From: a virus
Lineage: Duplodnaviria; Caudoviricetes
Virus record (IMG/VR): IMGVR_UViG_3300037760_000081
Coordinates: 1 to 47,244 of that record
Direction: 5' to 3' (one strand)
Length of the DNA stretch: 47,244 nucleotides
Positions within the stretch are counted from its first letter, which is position 1; every line of letters starts with the position of its first letter. Both the position numbers and the translations under genes were made by a program. Shown here piece after piece: positions 8,440 to 17,617 of the stretch. The notes under the pieces were generated by a model. It did not search any database and was not told the DNA's origin. It worked only from the letters and a program-made list of their open reading frames with translations.

Positions 8440-8810
8440 TGCCGAGCAAGGGCGATGTTGTTTCTGCCACGGTGGTTGGTACGTACAGCCACTGCGGTAA
8501 CCGGGAGGAGCACAAGACCGGCTATCACATTGTGGACGTTGGCAAGGGTCGCCAGGTGGCGCTGCCGCCCGACACCGAGTTCGGCGTTGTAGCAAAGTGG
8601 CGTCTCCCCGAGCCGCCCGTGGGTTGCGTGGTGACCATGCCCGATGATGCCGGGCCAAGTCGGCATCTTGTCTGGCGGCGCGAAGCCTTTTTCGGCATGT
8701 CCAGGTGGTTTCCACTGCACCTGGCGCCCAACCTGAGTATCACATGGGAGAGCATTCTCCACCGGTCCAACATGGGGCGCGACCTGACCGTTTACCAGCC
8801 GGAGCGGTAG
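8436..8810 (+). CDS. Hypothetical protein
   Basis: ORF with RBS GGAGG and coupled ends. Confidence 0.6.
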   Translation: MMPSKGDVVSATVVGTYSHCGNREEHKTGYHIVDVGKGRQVALPPDTEFGVVAKWRLPEPPVGCVVTMPDDAGPSRHLVWRREAFFGMSRWFPLHLAPNLSITWESILHRSNMGRDLTVYQPER

Positions 8811-9187
8811 TGAAGTTCGACATGGGGGCGGTTCTGGTCCACTACGGGGCCGCCCCCTTCTCTCCTCGCACAGGTGGATGGACGCCCGTGCGGTGCCCGT
8901 TTCACGAGGACAGGCACGCATCGGCAGCAGTGAATGGTGCCGAAGGCCGGTTCCATTGTTTCGTGTGCGGCATTCATGAGGATGTGATCGGTCTGATTAT
9001 GGAGCGTGAGCATGTCAGTTTTCAGACTGCCGTCACGGAGGCTGAGGCGATCACTGGCCAGCGCGCAGAAGCGGTACGCGACCAGCCGGAGCTTGGCGGA
9101 TGGTTTCCTCAACGCCAGAGGCATTCCCCCGGGGTGGGCAGACAGGTGGGGGCTTGGCGTAGTCGCCTCGCCGGCGCCCTCGCATGA
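8810..9187 (+). CDS. DNA primase zinc-finger (CHC2) subunit
   Basis: RCPFHEDRHASA...FHCFVCG. Confidence 0.85.
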   Translation: MKFDMGAVLVHYGAAPFSPRTGGWTPVRCPFHEDRHASAAVNGAEGRFHCFVCGIHEDVIGLIMEREHVSFQTAVTEAEAITGQRAEAVRDQPELGGWFPQRQRHSPGVGRQVGAWRSRLAGALA

Positions 9188-9683
9188 GCGGTTTGCCGGC
9201 CGGCTATGCATCCCCTACCGCAACCGGGCGGGTGTGATAGCACTCAAGTTTCGATGTATGCAAGACCACAACTGCAAAGACGAAGGTCACAGTAAATACG
9301 ATCAGCCCGCCGGGCAGACACAGTTTCTGTTCAATGTGAGCGCGGTTGACGGGAAAGAGCAGACGATACATGTTGCAGAGGGCGAAATGGACGCGCTTGT
9401 TTTGTCGGAAGTGTTGGGCGAACCGGTTGTCGGCGTGCCTGGGGTGGACCATTGGCATGACCACTGGCCGGCGCACTTCGCAGGGTTCGGACGAATAGTG
9501 CTATGGCAGCAGGGCGACAAAGCGGGGCGAACCATGGGCTCCCTCTGGGGACGGAAACTTGGCGCGGAACTGGTGGAGCTGCCGACAGGTCACGACGTTA
9601 ACTCCTACTACCTGGAGGTTGGCGACGCCGGCATTCGACAACTAAACGGGGGCGACGATGAAAACCTGGCGGATCACGATTGA
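9012..9683 (+). CDS. DNA primase TOPRIM subunit
   Basis: GRLCIPY...KFR...VAEGEMDAL...GVPG...DVN; start uncertain. Confidence 0.85.
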   Translation: MSVFRLPSRRLRRSLASAQKRYATSRSLADGFLNARGIPPGWADRWGLGVVASPAPSHERFAGRLCIPYRNRAGVIALKFRCMQDHNCKDEGHSKYDQPAGQTQFLFNVSAVDGKEQTIHVAEGEMDALVLSEVLGEPVVGVPGVDHWHDHWPAHFAGFGRIVLWQQGDKAGRTMGSLWGRKLGAELVELPTGHDVNSYYLEVGDAGIRQLNGGDDENLADHD

Positions 9684-9834
9684 ATGCAACGGCCTCCCGG
9701 CGGGGCAGTACGAGAGTGACATCCCACCTGATCTGGTCAGGTGGATGCGACAACAGGCGGAGCTGATCCGCAAAGAGTCGCATTACGCGGTGCCCCGGTT
9801 TGAGGGTGAAGTGCCATTGGAGGGGTTGGAATGA
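9658..9834 (+). CDS. Small hypothetical protein
   Basis: Hand translation MKTWRITIECNGLPAGQYESD...; ATGA coupling to the next ORF. Confidence 0.5.
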   Translation: MKTWRITIECNGLPAGQYESDIPPDLVRWMRQQAELIRKESHYAVPRFEGEVPLEGLE

Positions 9835-9992
9835 TACGAGACGAACTGGGTTGCGTTTATGACACCACATACTACCCCGAGGACTACCACAACGACGATG
9901 ACGACTGGTCGAACCTGTTTGAGCCCGACTACCGGGACGGCGCAGTCCAACTGATTGAGAGGCTGCGCAATGGCGACCGTGATGACGACTAG
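9831..9992 (+). CDS. Small acidic hypothetical protein
   Basis: Hand translation MIRDELGCVYDTTYYPEDYHNDDDDW...; RBS GGAGG. Confidence 0.45.
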   Translation: MIRDELGCVYDTTYYPEDYHNDDDDWSNLFEPDYRDGAVQLIERLRNGDRDDD

Positions 9993-10458
9993 CGAAGGTT
10001 CGGCCGATCTCGCAACCGCCGCCTACCAGGTGTACCAGCGGTACAAGGGTTGGGTGTCGTTTCACGCGCTACGTGCGGCGGTAGGCGCCTACTACGACAG
10101 CCACCCGGAGCTGGAGACCGAACCTGCCGGCATTGTGCATAGCCGCCTCAGGCAGGCGGCCGAACGGACTGCAAGAACGGCGAAGGCCGAGTCGGCCGGC
10201 TACCACCCGACCGACGAGTATTTCTACTCCCTGTCCCAGGTGGAGCGGCTGTTGCCGTACGCCATGGACCCGCAGGCGACCCCCCCGCCCACCTTGGCCG
10301 ACGAATTGGAGGTTAACCGCCACCACGCCGGCAAAGAGGGCTACGGGGGGTGGGAGGCGGCAATAGCCGACATCCGCAAGGCGATACAGCATGTGGGTAC
10401 CAGGCCGGGGGCCATACAGCACTTCCTAGGGGGGCCGAATCCGCATGTTCACGCCTGA
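9970..10458 (+). CDS. Sigma-factor-like protein, apparently lacking the region-4 HTH
   Basis: AKAESAGYHPTDEYFYS...LLP...ADIRKA...FLGG resembles actinophage sigma-like proteins as I recall them. Confidence 0.5.
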   Translation: MATVMTTSEGSADLATAAYQVYQRYKGWVSFHALRAAVGAYYDSHPELETEPAGIVHSRLRQAAERTARTAKAESAGYHPTDEYFYSLSQVERLLPYAMDPQATPPPTLADELEVNRHHAGKEGYGGWEAAIADIRKAIQHVGTRPGAIQHFLGGPNPHVHA

Positions 10459-10726
10459 CATCTGTTACGTCCACTTCCAGAACGAAACCGCCGGGCTGGA
10501 CCGGTGGTATCTGCGGTGTGGCGAATGCGGGCATGTGTTTCGTGAACCGAAAGACCTGCGCAAGGCTGCCCGGCACACCATCTGGTCGACCTGTTCAACC
10601 GACCCGAGGCGGCCGTGGTTCAAGTCGAGTCCGTTTGCCGTTTCGTGGTGCCGGGCCTGGTGGGAATGTGTGAAGGTCCGTTCTTCTAAAGTGTTCTTCT
10701 GCCCGGAGTGTTCTCATGACTTCTGA
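10445..10726 (+). CDS. Zinc-finger protein
   Basis: CYVH...CGECGH...CPECSHDF. Confidence 0.6.
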   Translation: MFTPDICYVHFQNETAGLDRWYLRCGECGHVFREPKDLRKAARHTIWSTCSTDPRRPWFKSSPFAVSWCRAWWECVKVRSSKVFFCPECSHDF

Positions 10727-10871
10727 CAACGCCCAAACTGTCGAATGCCGGTGCAGAAGCACCTACCAGGATGCGCTGTACGGCCCCGGTAGGCGGCTCC
10801 ATAACAGGCTACAGGGGCAGAAGAGGAGGGGCTGGCGGTGTACCGTGTGCGCAGATGAGAAGCTTTCCTAG
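10716..10871 (+). CDS. Small zinc-binding protein
   Basis: Hand translation ECRCRSTYQDALYGPGRRLHN...WRCTVC. Confidence 0.6.
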   Translation: MTSDNAQTVECRCRSTYQDALYGPGRRLHNRLQGQKRRGWRCTVCADEKLS

Positions 10872-11047
10872 TGGATTGCCAGCATTGCGGGCAGCAGTTC
10901 GACCCGATCGCCACTAGGTGGCTGTGCCCCTACTGTAGAATGAAAAACACCTGCTGTGAAGGGAGTAGCGATGAAGCCGGAATGCCACCTAGGGTTGACC
11001 CGGGGCCAGGTTCTGGACCTGGTAGGAGACCGCCTGGGGGAGTTTGA
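10871..11047 (+). CDS. Small CxxC zinc-finger protein
   Basis: Hand translation DCQHCGQQFDPIATRWLCPYCRMKNTCCEG. Confidence 0.55.
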   Translation: MDCQHCGQQFDPIATRWLCPYCRMKNTCCEGSSDEAGMPPRVDPGPGSGPGRRPPGGV

Positions 11048-11207
11048 CAAATGGATGACCGGGCAGACCGGGGGGCTGTGTCTGGGCAGGCAGTACAACA
11101 CCACCACCCTGGCATGGGAGACCGCCTGCGGGGGCGTGTCGCACGGTCCGGTGTACTACCCGGAGGATGTGAGCCGGTTCCTCAACGGGCAGCCGGTAGT
11201 GGACTGA
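10971..11207 (+). CDS. Hypothetical protein
   Basis: RBS GGGAG; last gene before the terminator. Confidence 0.6.
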   Translation: MKPECHLGLTRGQVLDLVGDRLGEFDKWMTGQTGGLCLGRQYNTTTLAWETACGGVSHGPVYYPEDVSRFLNGQPVVD

Positions 11208-11218
11208 ACCAGGGCACA

Positions 11219-11255
11219 AAAATAGAGGCCGACCCGGGTGGGTCGGCCCCTATTT
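11219..11255. terminator. Bidirectional intrinsic terminator
   Basis: AAATAG-AGGCCGACCC/GGGTCGGCC-CCTATTT between convergent operons. Confidence 0.75.
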
Positions 11256-11256
11256 C

Positions 11257-11649
11257 CTATTCGGTTCCCTTGGTCGCTGCCAGCAGTGCCGCCCGGCGGG
11301 TAAACTCTGCCCTACTCACCCTGGCTTTCCTGGCGGCTGCCGTTATCACGCGGTCTTCCTCCAGGGTGAGGCGCATTTCCAGGCGCCTTACCGCCAGCTC
11401 GGTCCGACGTAGCGGCCCGCCGAAATGGGCCAGCCAGGCCATCACCTGGCCACGGGTCCGCTTGTCGATGCGGATTTCCTGAGCGTCCCGGACGTGGACA
11501 CATATCCGGTTGAACCAGTACCGTTCGTTGTCGGCCGGCAGCCGGCCGGCTGCCACGTCGCGAGCCCGGTCACGCATGGGTCGGTCCGAAAGCTTGCCGG
11601 CCAACGCGCCGGCAAGCGTTCTCATTTCGTCCCTGTCGGGCTGCATCAC
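11257..11649 (-). CDS. Protein with C-terminal ribbon-helix-helix domain
   Basis: RRLEMRLTLEEDRVITAAARKARVSRAEFTRRAAL. Confidence 0.6.
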   Translation of the reverse strand: MMQPDRDEMRTLAGALAGKLSDRPMRDRARDVAAGRLPADNERYWFNRICVHVRDAQEIRIDKRTRGQVMAWLAHFGGPLRRTELAVRRLEMRLTLEEDRVITAAARKARVSRAEFTRRAALLAATKGTE

Positions 11650-11828
11650 GTGTCCGCGATGACGGTCAGTTCGGCGGCCGGGTAGAACCCTTCTCCGCCC
11701 TGGTCCCAGACGACAGGGTAGACGTACACCCCGTCATCGTCCAGACCGGCGCCCACCATCCGTATGGCCTCCACCACCTCACCGGTACGCCCGGTGGCGC
11801 GGCGCTTGACCCTGGTACCAACGTCCAT
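11646..11828 (-). CDS. Small SH3/KOW-like protein
   Basis: VGTRVKRRATGRTGEVV...VVWD. Confidence 0.6.
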   Translation of the reverse strand: MDVGTRVKRRATGRTGEVVEAIRMVGAGLDDDGVYVYPVVWDQGGEGFYPAAELTVIADT

Positions 11829-11829
11829 T

Positions 11830-12261
11830 TCACTCCTCCCCTAGTTGGATTGCGATCTCTTGCAGCCGGGCAAGCAGCGTGACCCGCTCGGCTTTCAGTG
11901 TGTCAACGTCCGGCACGATAGGGGCGATCAGGTCCGCGATCTGGTCTCGCACCTTGAGCGCCCAACCGTCCGAACCGTCCAGCCGCCACTCTTGCACCTT
12001 CACGAGCTGGTTACCGGCTACCCGGTACAACACCACGTCACGCCCGTACAGGCGCCCGCTACTCGACTTGTCCTCTACGTAGGAGAGGAAATAGGTGCCC
12101 TCGTCCGCTTCTACGGTCGCGTTGAACTTGTGGAAGGTTCCAACGAATGCGTAGCCGGTGCGGGCGGTCCGGTCCACATAGGCGAGTTGCTTGATCCAGT
12201 GCTTACTAGACCGAGCCTTGCTATTGCTTAGCCCGTGGTCCGGCAATTCCACGATTGGCAT
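11830..12261 (-). CDS. Hypothetical protein (array unit)
   Basis: Preceded by GGGAGGGTTGGCAT-ATG. Confidence 0.75.
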   Translation of the reverse strand: MPIVELPDHGLSNSKARSSKHWIKQLAYVDRTARTGYAFVGTFHKFNATVEADEGTYFLSYVEDKSSSGRLYGRDVVLYRVAGNQLVKVQEWRLDGSDGWALKVRDQIADLIAPIVPDVDTLKAERVTLLARLQEIAIQLGEE

Positions 12262-12426
12262 ATGCCAACCCTCCCTATCTTGCACGGGGCCGGGGGGTCC
12301 GGCCCTGAGGCTTTGTCGTTCCGACTAGCCTTAGCAGCGGACAGACGGTTGCCCGCCTGTCCGCCACTAGGATCAGTCAGTCCGCAGCCTTGCCTCCGTT
12401 CTAGCTGCCGCCGTGGTCCTCCCCGG

Positions 12427-12555
12427 TCAGTTCGTGTCGACGCGGTAGGCGAATGCGTCCCGGGCGATAGCTTCTGCGTCGTAGTCGGCGCCGTCTGCGC
12501 CCAACGCGGGGATGACGGCCCGGTCGACCGCGTCGGCGATGGTGGCATAGCGCAT
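12427..12555 (-). CDS. Small hypothetical protein, possibly truncated
   Basis: RBS AGGAGAG; hand translation MRYATIADAVDRAVIPALGADGADYDAEAIARDAFAYRVDTN. Confidence 0.5.
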   Translation of the reverse strand: MRYATIADAVDRAVIPALGADGADYDAEAIARDAFAYRVDTN

Positions 12556-12567
12556 TAGTCTCTCCTG

Positions 12568-12933
12568 TCAGGTGGTGGCGGTCCGTGCGTCCCGCTGAGA
12601 GTCGTTCTCGACTTGCAGGAACTGGGAGCCTTCCGCACCGATGGGGGTGCACAGATAGACGCGCTTCCCTACGTCACCTGGCCGGATGCGCCCCATGAAA
12701 TCCGCGACCTGCCAGTTACGACCGAACGCCCGAAACGCTTTCTTGCCCACGTCAGCCGACGTGATCTCGCGGTACATGCGCCCGGTGCTGTCCTGCTGTT
12801 CGCCCTCCGGGTGCCCGATGAGGTTGCGGATGTCCACCAGCCGGCTAGCGGCCTGTTCGGGGCGCCTCTCGGCGCGTGCATCCCCATACGCCACAACCAG
12901 CTCTACCAGTTTGCCGGCTTCCCAATCGTTCAT
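12568..12933 (-). CDS. Hypothetical protein (array unit)
   Basis: GGGAGGATTGGCAATG start; internal ADVGK/GDVGK repeat. Confidence 0.75.
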   Translation of the reverse strand: MNDWEAGKLVELVVAYGDARAERRPEQAASRLVDIRNLIGHPEGEQQDSTGRMYREITSADVGKKAFRAFGRNWQVADFMGRIRPGDVGKRVYLCTPIGAEGSQFLQVENDSQRDARTATT

Positions 12934-13010
12934 TGCCAATCCTCCCTCTTAGACCAGCCTTGGTGACCAGCCTTAGCGGCGCGCAGACCGAAGCCTGCCC
13001 ACCACTAGGA

Positions 13011-13163
13011 TCAGTCAGCCATGCGCCTTTCCTCTACTCGCCGCCAGACCCCCCGCCGGTCCGCCTGGTCGCGCAGGAACCACGCCATCGTAGATGCCTG
13101 CCATAGTTCGGTGTAGGTGTAGGTGCGGGACCCGTCAGAATCCCGCACCGTCACCCGGTGCAC
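13011..13163 (-). CDS. Small hypothetical protein
   Basis: Hand-translated 50 aa ORF after lsr2 that ends in a hairpin element. Confidence 0.45.
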   Translation of the reverse strand: MHRVTVRDSDGSRTYTYTELWQASTMAWFLRDQADRRGVWRRVEERRMAD

Positions 13164-13166
13164 CCC

Positions 13167-13988
13167 TCACCCCTTGCGGGGTGGCAGTAGCGACGGATCG
13201 TTGTTGAACTGGGCCACGTAGTACGGCTCCGGGATACGCCCCCCCGGCTTGAGGTCATGCCCGTGCAGCTTGGCGAATGCCCTGACCTGTTCGCACAGGT
13301 CCCGCTTCTGCGTGAGCGTTAGCCCCGCCCGGCTTGGTGGCGTCTGCGGTGCCGGCTTAGCCGGTGACGCCGAAGCCTTGGCCTGCCGCATGCCCTCACC
13401 AGCCGCCCGCATGCCCTGCGCGTACTGGGTGCCGTTCGGGTTGTCCCGGAGCCATCGGCGGATCGTGTCTATCTTCGCCCGGGTGATACTGCTAGCGCCG
13501 CGTTCCTGCGCCAGTGCCAGCAGGGCAGGCCGTTTCATGCGGTCGTACTCGTCCGGCTCCACGGCCGGCTCCGGCTTGACCTCCGGCACTGGCGCCGGCT
13601 CCGGCTTTGGCTCCGGCTTTGGTGCCGGAGGCCGGGAACCGTTGGCCATTGCCGCCGAATACTCAGCCATGATCCTAGGCGAAACTCGCCCCTTGTTGGC
13701 TACCGGGTAACCCTCGCCGCGTGCCCATTCACGCACCAGCCGGTTGTGGTCCCGGTCGCGGCCACCGTTGCCGTTGGACCGCTTGCCGTTACCGGTAGCC
13801 GATGCCGATGCCTGCGCCCGGCGCGCGACATACCGGAAAGGCTCCAGCGCAGCCCGCAGTTCCTTTGCGTGCCGGCTGGTGAGGTCAATCTCGTATTGCA
13901 CCCCGTCCAGCCCGAACCGCACGGTTTCGGCCGCCTCTTGCTCCGGGTTCAGGTCATCCAACAGCCGGATAATGGTATGTTTTGCCAT
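13167..13988 (-). CDS. lsr2: Lsr2-family nucleoid-associated protein with a second Lsr2 DNA-binding domain
   Basis: LLDDL...AETVRFGLDGVQYEIDL dimerisation domain; VREWARGEGYPVANKGRV and VRAFAKLHGHDLKPGGRIP DNA-binding domains. Confidence 0.92.
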   Translation of the reverse strand: MAKHTIIRLLDDLNPEQEAAETVRFGLDGVQYEIDLTSRHAKELRAALEPFRYVARRAQASASATGNGKRSNGNGGRDRDHNRLVREWARGEGYPVANKGRVSPRIMAEYSAAMANGSRPPAPKPEPKPEPAPVPEVKPEPAVEPDEYDRMKRPALLALAQERGASSITRAKIDTIRRWLRDNPNGTQYAQGMRAAGEGMRQAKASASPAKPAPQTPPSRAGLTLTQKRDLCEQVRAFAKLHGHDLKPGGRIPEPYYVAQFNNDPSLLPPRKG

Positions 13989-14081
13989 TGCCCTTTACCT
14001 TTCCCTTGCCGGCTAGCCTTTTGTGACTAGCCTTGACAGCACACCCGGCGCGTGTCCGGGTGTGCCATCAGGGTTAGTCAG

Positions 14082-14375
14082 TCATTCACTTCTGGGTCGC
14101 TGGTCGCCACGGTAAATGTCACCCTCCACATAGGTGATGAGGTCCCCGTTTGGGGCCTGCGCCACCCAATAATAGGGGGCCTCCATCCACACCAGCACCC
14201 AGCCGGCATCGGTCAGGCTTTCCAGCACGGTCCCATCGCCACCACCCCCAGCGAAAAACCCGTCACCCGATGACGTGCCCGGCGCCACGGTCAGGATGCG
14301 CAAGACATCATCCGCTGTCACTGCGGTACGCAACTCGTCTAGTTGAGTCTCGATCGCAGCCCAAAAACTATTCAT
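14082..14375 (-). CDS. Hypothetical protein (array unit)
   Basis: GGGAGGGTTAGCAATG start. Confidence 0.78.
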   Translation of the reverse strand: MNSFWAAIETQLDELRTAVTADDVLRILTVAPGTSSGDGFFAGGGGDGTVLESLTDAGWVLVWMEAPYYWVAQAPNGDLITYVEGDIYRGDQRPRSE

Positions 14376-14448
14376 TGCTAACCCTCCCTGTTTGAGTGTC
14401 TGACACACTCCCTAGGCGCACAGGTGACCTGTGCGCCACAGGTTAGTG

Positions 14449-14763
14449 TCAGCGTGACGGGAGAATGCCCCTCCCCGCCAGGTAGCGCGCCCAATAGCGC
14501 GACGCGCTAGCAAGCCAGAATGTCTGGCTCGGTGCCACCGTGACCGGCTCGGTTGACGCCATGTCCAGTTGCACGAATACGTACCGCAGCGCTATCCGTG
14601 CCCGGTGCCGACTAACCTGTACCGTTTCCCTGCCGACGATGCGGACCGGGGTGGTTGTCTTACCCTTGCGGGTAGCCGGGCGCCATTCGTCCCCGATTTC
14701 TTCCAGTAGCACGATATCGCCGTGCTGGATACGCGACGCCGTAATCTTTCCTTCGGCTGTCAT
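14449..14763 (-). CDS. Hypothetical protein (array unit)
   Basis: GGGAGGGATAGAGCATG start; TGA lies in the hairpin arm. Confidence 0.75.
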   Translation of the reverse strand: MTAEGKITASRIQHGDIVLLEEIGDEWRPATRKGKTTTPVRIVGRETVQVSRHRARIALRYVFVQLDMASTEPVTVAPSQTFWLASASRYWARYLAGRGILPSR

Positions 14764-14845
14764 GCTCTATCCCTCCCTTACGGAATCTCTGATGACTCCC
14801 CTAGGGTGCCGGTTGAAACCGGCACCCGTAGGCAACCGCCAGCGA

Positions 14846-15280
14846 TTACCGCCCGGCCATGATCCGACGGAACACGTACAGCGCGAACACCTCGCGACTG
14901 AACGGGCTAGCGTCGGCTATCGACTCCAAGAGGGGCGCCAGGATGGCGTCTAGCGCCGAATCGTCCTTCGCCTTACGCTCTGTAGCCTTGACCCGCAACA
15001 CCCGCTCTGCAACGGCGTGGGCTGCCTCTAGGCGAGCCCGTAGCGCGTCGTCACCGTGGCGCCGGTAGAATTCGGGCGTACCGTACCGGGTGATAGCGGT
15101 TTCACCCCGCACCACCTTTACCCGGTACTCGCTACCGACCGCGTGACTGCCCTTTGCCGCATAGAGCAGCACCGGGTCAGGCTCGCCCAGGTCAGCTACC
15201 GGCAGCCACGCATGCACCCGTTTTCCCTGATTAATCCGGGTACCGCCGAACACCCATATTTCTTCCTGCGGTTCACCCAT
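14846..15280 (-). CDS. Hypothetical protein (array unit)
   Basis: GGGAGGGTTAGCAATG start. Confidence 0.78.
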   Translation of the reverse strand: MGEPQEEIWVFGGTRINQGKRVHAWLPVADLGEPDPVLLYAAKGSHAVGSEYRVKVVRGETAITRYGTPEFYRRHGDDALRARLEAAHAVAERVLRVKATERKAKDDSALDAILAPLLESIADASPFSREVFALYVFRRIMAGR

Positions 15281-15357
15281 TGCTAACCCTCCCATTGTTG
15301 CCCGTTAGAACAATCGGGTACCCGCACCCTGTCGGGCACCCTCGTTGCCACAACGGA

Positions 15358-15846
15358 TCACCTCGCCGCGAGCCGAATCTCTCGCACGATGCGAATGATG
15401 GAACGTTGCCGGTAGCCCGCTAGGCACCGGTCGCACACCCGGTCATAGGTGACCTCGGGATCGGACGGCGGCATGCTGTACGCCATTTCCGTACTAGCGT
15501 GCCCTTTGCAGCCGATCGTTTCGCAGGACCCCGGCATGCTCGGATGCCGTAACGCCCATGTGCTCAGCATATCCAGGCACCATTGATCTATGGTGGTGTC
15601 CGCGTACCTCCGCACTGCCGCAATGCCGTCAACGAGCGCGGCAAGCTCCACCCGCCCGGTAGTGGACAGTGCGGCGAACGCCCTGCCCTCTGTGCCGGCT
15701 GACTGCCACCATGAGGCAATCGTGACCGCGGCGGCATCCGTGATTTCGCGGACACCGTTGCGTGTCCTGACTTGCACGGTGACCTCACCCGATGACAGGT
15801 GATCCGGCACGCGACCGTTCACGCGGCAGTCGATCATTTTGCCCAT
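15358..15846 (-). CDS. Hypothetical protein with C-terminal Cys motif (array unit)
   Basis: GGGAGGGTTAGCGATG start; CETIGC...CDRC. Confidence 0.75.
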   Translation of the reverse strand: MGKMIDCRVNGRVPDHLSSGEVTVQVRTRNGVREITDAAAVTIASWWQSAGTEGRAFAALSTTGRVELAALVDGIAAVRRYADTTIDQWCLDMLSTWALRHPSMPGSCETIGCKGHASTEMAYSMPPSDPEVTYDRVCDRCLAGYRQRSIIRIVREIRLAAR

Positions 15847-15921
15847 CGCTAACCCTCCCAATCGTTTGAGCGTCTGACGCACTCGCACAGGGCACAGATG
15901 GCCTGTGCCCCGTAGGCAGTG

Positions 15922-16227
15922 TCAGTCAGGCAGCACGCCGGTACGCACGGCCGTAGTAAGCCGCGCCGTTACCTCGCGTGCGGCATGATGCTCCACAACC
16001 CGCACACAGTGTGCAACGGGCGCGGGCGTGTAGCGCGCGCTCCAAGCCTCTAGCACCCTGTCCGGGTCGACATGGGGGTATGCCGCCGCAACAGCGGCCA
16101 GGAGCAGTACCGCGCTACGCCTGTACGGCCCGGACTCTGGATTGCTGATGTACGAATCCAGCGAGGTAACGGTGTGGTAATGGTGCCGTGCCGCGCTCTC
16201 TGCCAGATCCTTCAGATTGACAATCAT
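15922..16227 (-). CDS. Hypothetical protein (array unit)
   Basis: GGGAGGGTTAGCAATG start; TGA lies in the hairpin arm. Confidence 0.75.
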   Translation of the reverse strand: MIVNLKDLAESAARHHYHTVTSLDSYISNPESGPYRRSAVLLLAAVAAAYPHVDPDRVLEAWSARYTPAPVAHCVRVVEHHAAREVTARLTTAVRTGVLPD

Positions 16228-16300
16228 TGCTAACCCTCCCAATCGGAACCCTGATGATTCCCCTAGAGTGCCGGTCGGGACCGGCACCCGTAGGCAGTCA

Positions 16301-16714
16301 TCAGGCTTTCGCGCAACGCTCAAGCCACGCTAGCCGGTAGCGCACGGCAGACAGGACAGCCGGACTGGCGCCGTACACATGCGCCGCTAGCCGAATCTCC
16401 TGCCCGGTGTAGTGGCTGATGATCTCGGAATCGCAGGCGTAGAAAGTGCCACGCTCTGAACCCTCTTCCGGCAACCCGATGCGGCTGATGATTGTATCCG
16501 TCACCCATTCAATGAGCGGACCGTTCTCCGGATCGTATGCGTCCGGGCAGACATCATCGTGGCTTTCCCGAACCTCGCTCAGTGTCCAGTCAGGATCGAC
16601 CCAACCATTCTCCAGAGTGAACCCGCTACCCGGTTCGCACCCGTCACCGTAGCAGTCTGTGTCACTGCCGTCCGGTGTCATCAGGTCACCCGTGTAGTAA
16701 ATCTCGACCGTCAT
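16301..16714 (-). CDS. Acidic hypothetical protein (array unit)
   Basis: GGGAGGGTTAGCAATG start; Asp/Glu-rich. Confidence 0.78.
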   Translation of the reverse strand: MTVEIYYTGDLMTPDGSDTDCYGDGCEPGSGFTLENGWVDPDWTLSEVRESHDDVCPDAYDPENGPLIEWVTDTIISRIGLPEEGSERGTFYACDSEIISHYTGQEIRLAAHVYGASPAVLSAVRYRLAWLERCAKA

Positions 16715-16786
16715 TGCTAACCCTCCCGATAGACTCTGATTGGTCCCCTAGACACACGGAACCGTTCCGCGTGCCGTAGGCACCCG

Positions 16787-16936
16787 TCAAAGTGCGACAT
16801 CACGCTTATAGAGCGCGTGGCAGCGCATAGCCTGACCGATGAAATACCGCCTGGTCACCGGATGCAAACCAGGCTTACGTGATGACCGCAGCCAACTAAT
16901 GGCATCGGTACGCCCGTATTCTGCCCAATAAGTCAT
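16787..16936 (-). CDS. Small hypothetical protein (array unit)
   Basis: GGGAGGGTTGGCAATG start; TGA lies in the hairpin arm. Confidence 0.68.
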   Translation of the reverse strand: MTYWAEYGRTDAISWLRSSRKPGLHPVTRRYFIGQAMRCHALYKRDVAL

Positions 16937-17022
16937 TGCCAACCCCTCCCAATCATGTTGACCCGTAAAGATCGTACGCGCGACAGACCGTAGGCTGTCA
17001 CGCATACATCCCCTACGCGCGT

Positions 17023-17304
17023 TCACCAGTCATAGCGGCAAAACTCGGCCGTTGCAACTTGTGCCATCAACTCACTGACCGGCCAGAAAGCCTCCATTCC
17101 CCCTTGTGTGGTGACACGGAGGTACCCGTCGCGGATATCCACCGTTGGCGGTAGGAAGTTGCCGTTTACATCCGACACGGCGCGTGCCGTTCCGTAGATC
17201 ACGTAACCATCGATCAGCCGCGCGATTTTGTTGCAACCTTGTGCAGCGTGCACGATTTCGCAGAGTAAAACGGTGTCGTGAACACTTAGCGGCTTGTGAC
17301 TCAT
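17023..17304 (-). CDS. Hypothetical protein (array unit)
   Basis: GGGAGGGTTAGCAATG start. Confidence 0.75.
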   Translation of the reverse strand: MSHKPLSVHDTVLLCEIVHAAQGCNKIARLIDGYVIYGTARAVSDVNGNFLPPTVDIRDGYLRVTTQGGMEAFWPVSELMAQVATAEFCRYDW

Positions 17305-17377
17305 TGCTAACCCTCCCAATATTGAGTGACTGACACACTCGCTAGGGGCACGTGCGAGACGCGACCCTAAGGCAGTG

Positions 17378-17563
17378 TCAGGCAAACCGCAGACAACGCC
17401 CACAGGGCCTGCCATCCCTGCCACAGATACCGCTTTCGTGTGGCGCGTAGTCGACTGACGGGCCGAACTTCCCAAGCCACCAGGCGACTACGCGAGCCAC
17501 CTGTTCACCCGGCACGCGCACCACGTACCCGGTTGCTTCCGCAGGATCAAACACATACCACAT
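17378..17563 (-). CDS. Small hypothetical protein (array unit)
   Basis: GGGGAGGTTTGGCAATG start; CGRDGRPCGRC. Confidence 0.68.
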   Translation of the reverse strand: MWYVFDPAEATGYVVRVPGEQVARVVAWWLGKFGPSVDYAPHESGICGRDGRPCGRCLRFA

Positions 17564-17617
17564 TGCCAAACCTCCCCAATCGTTTGAGTGACTGACACAC
17601 TCGCATTGGGTACGGCG

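Noticed and set aside
16251-16304. Hammerhead ribozyme (CUGAUGA present)
   Set aside because: CUGAUGA is paired with UCAUCAG, there is no correctly placed GAAA core, and other copies lack the motif.
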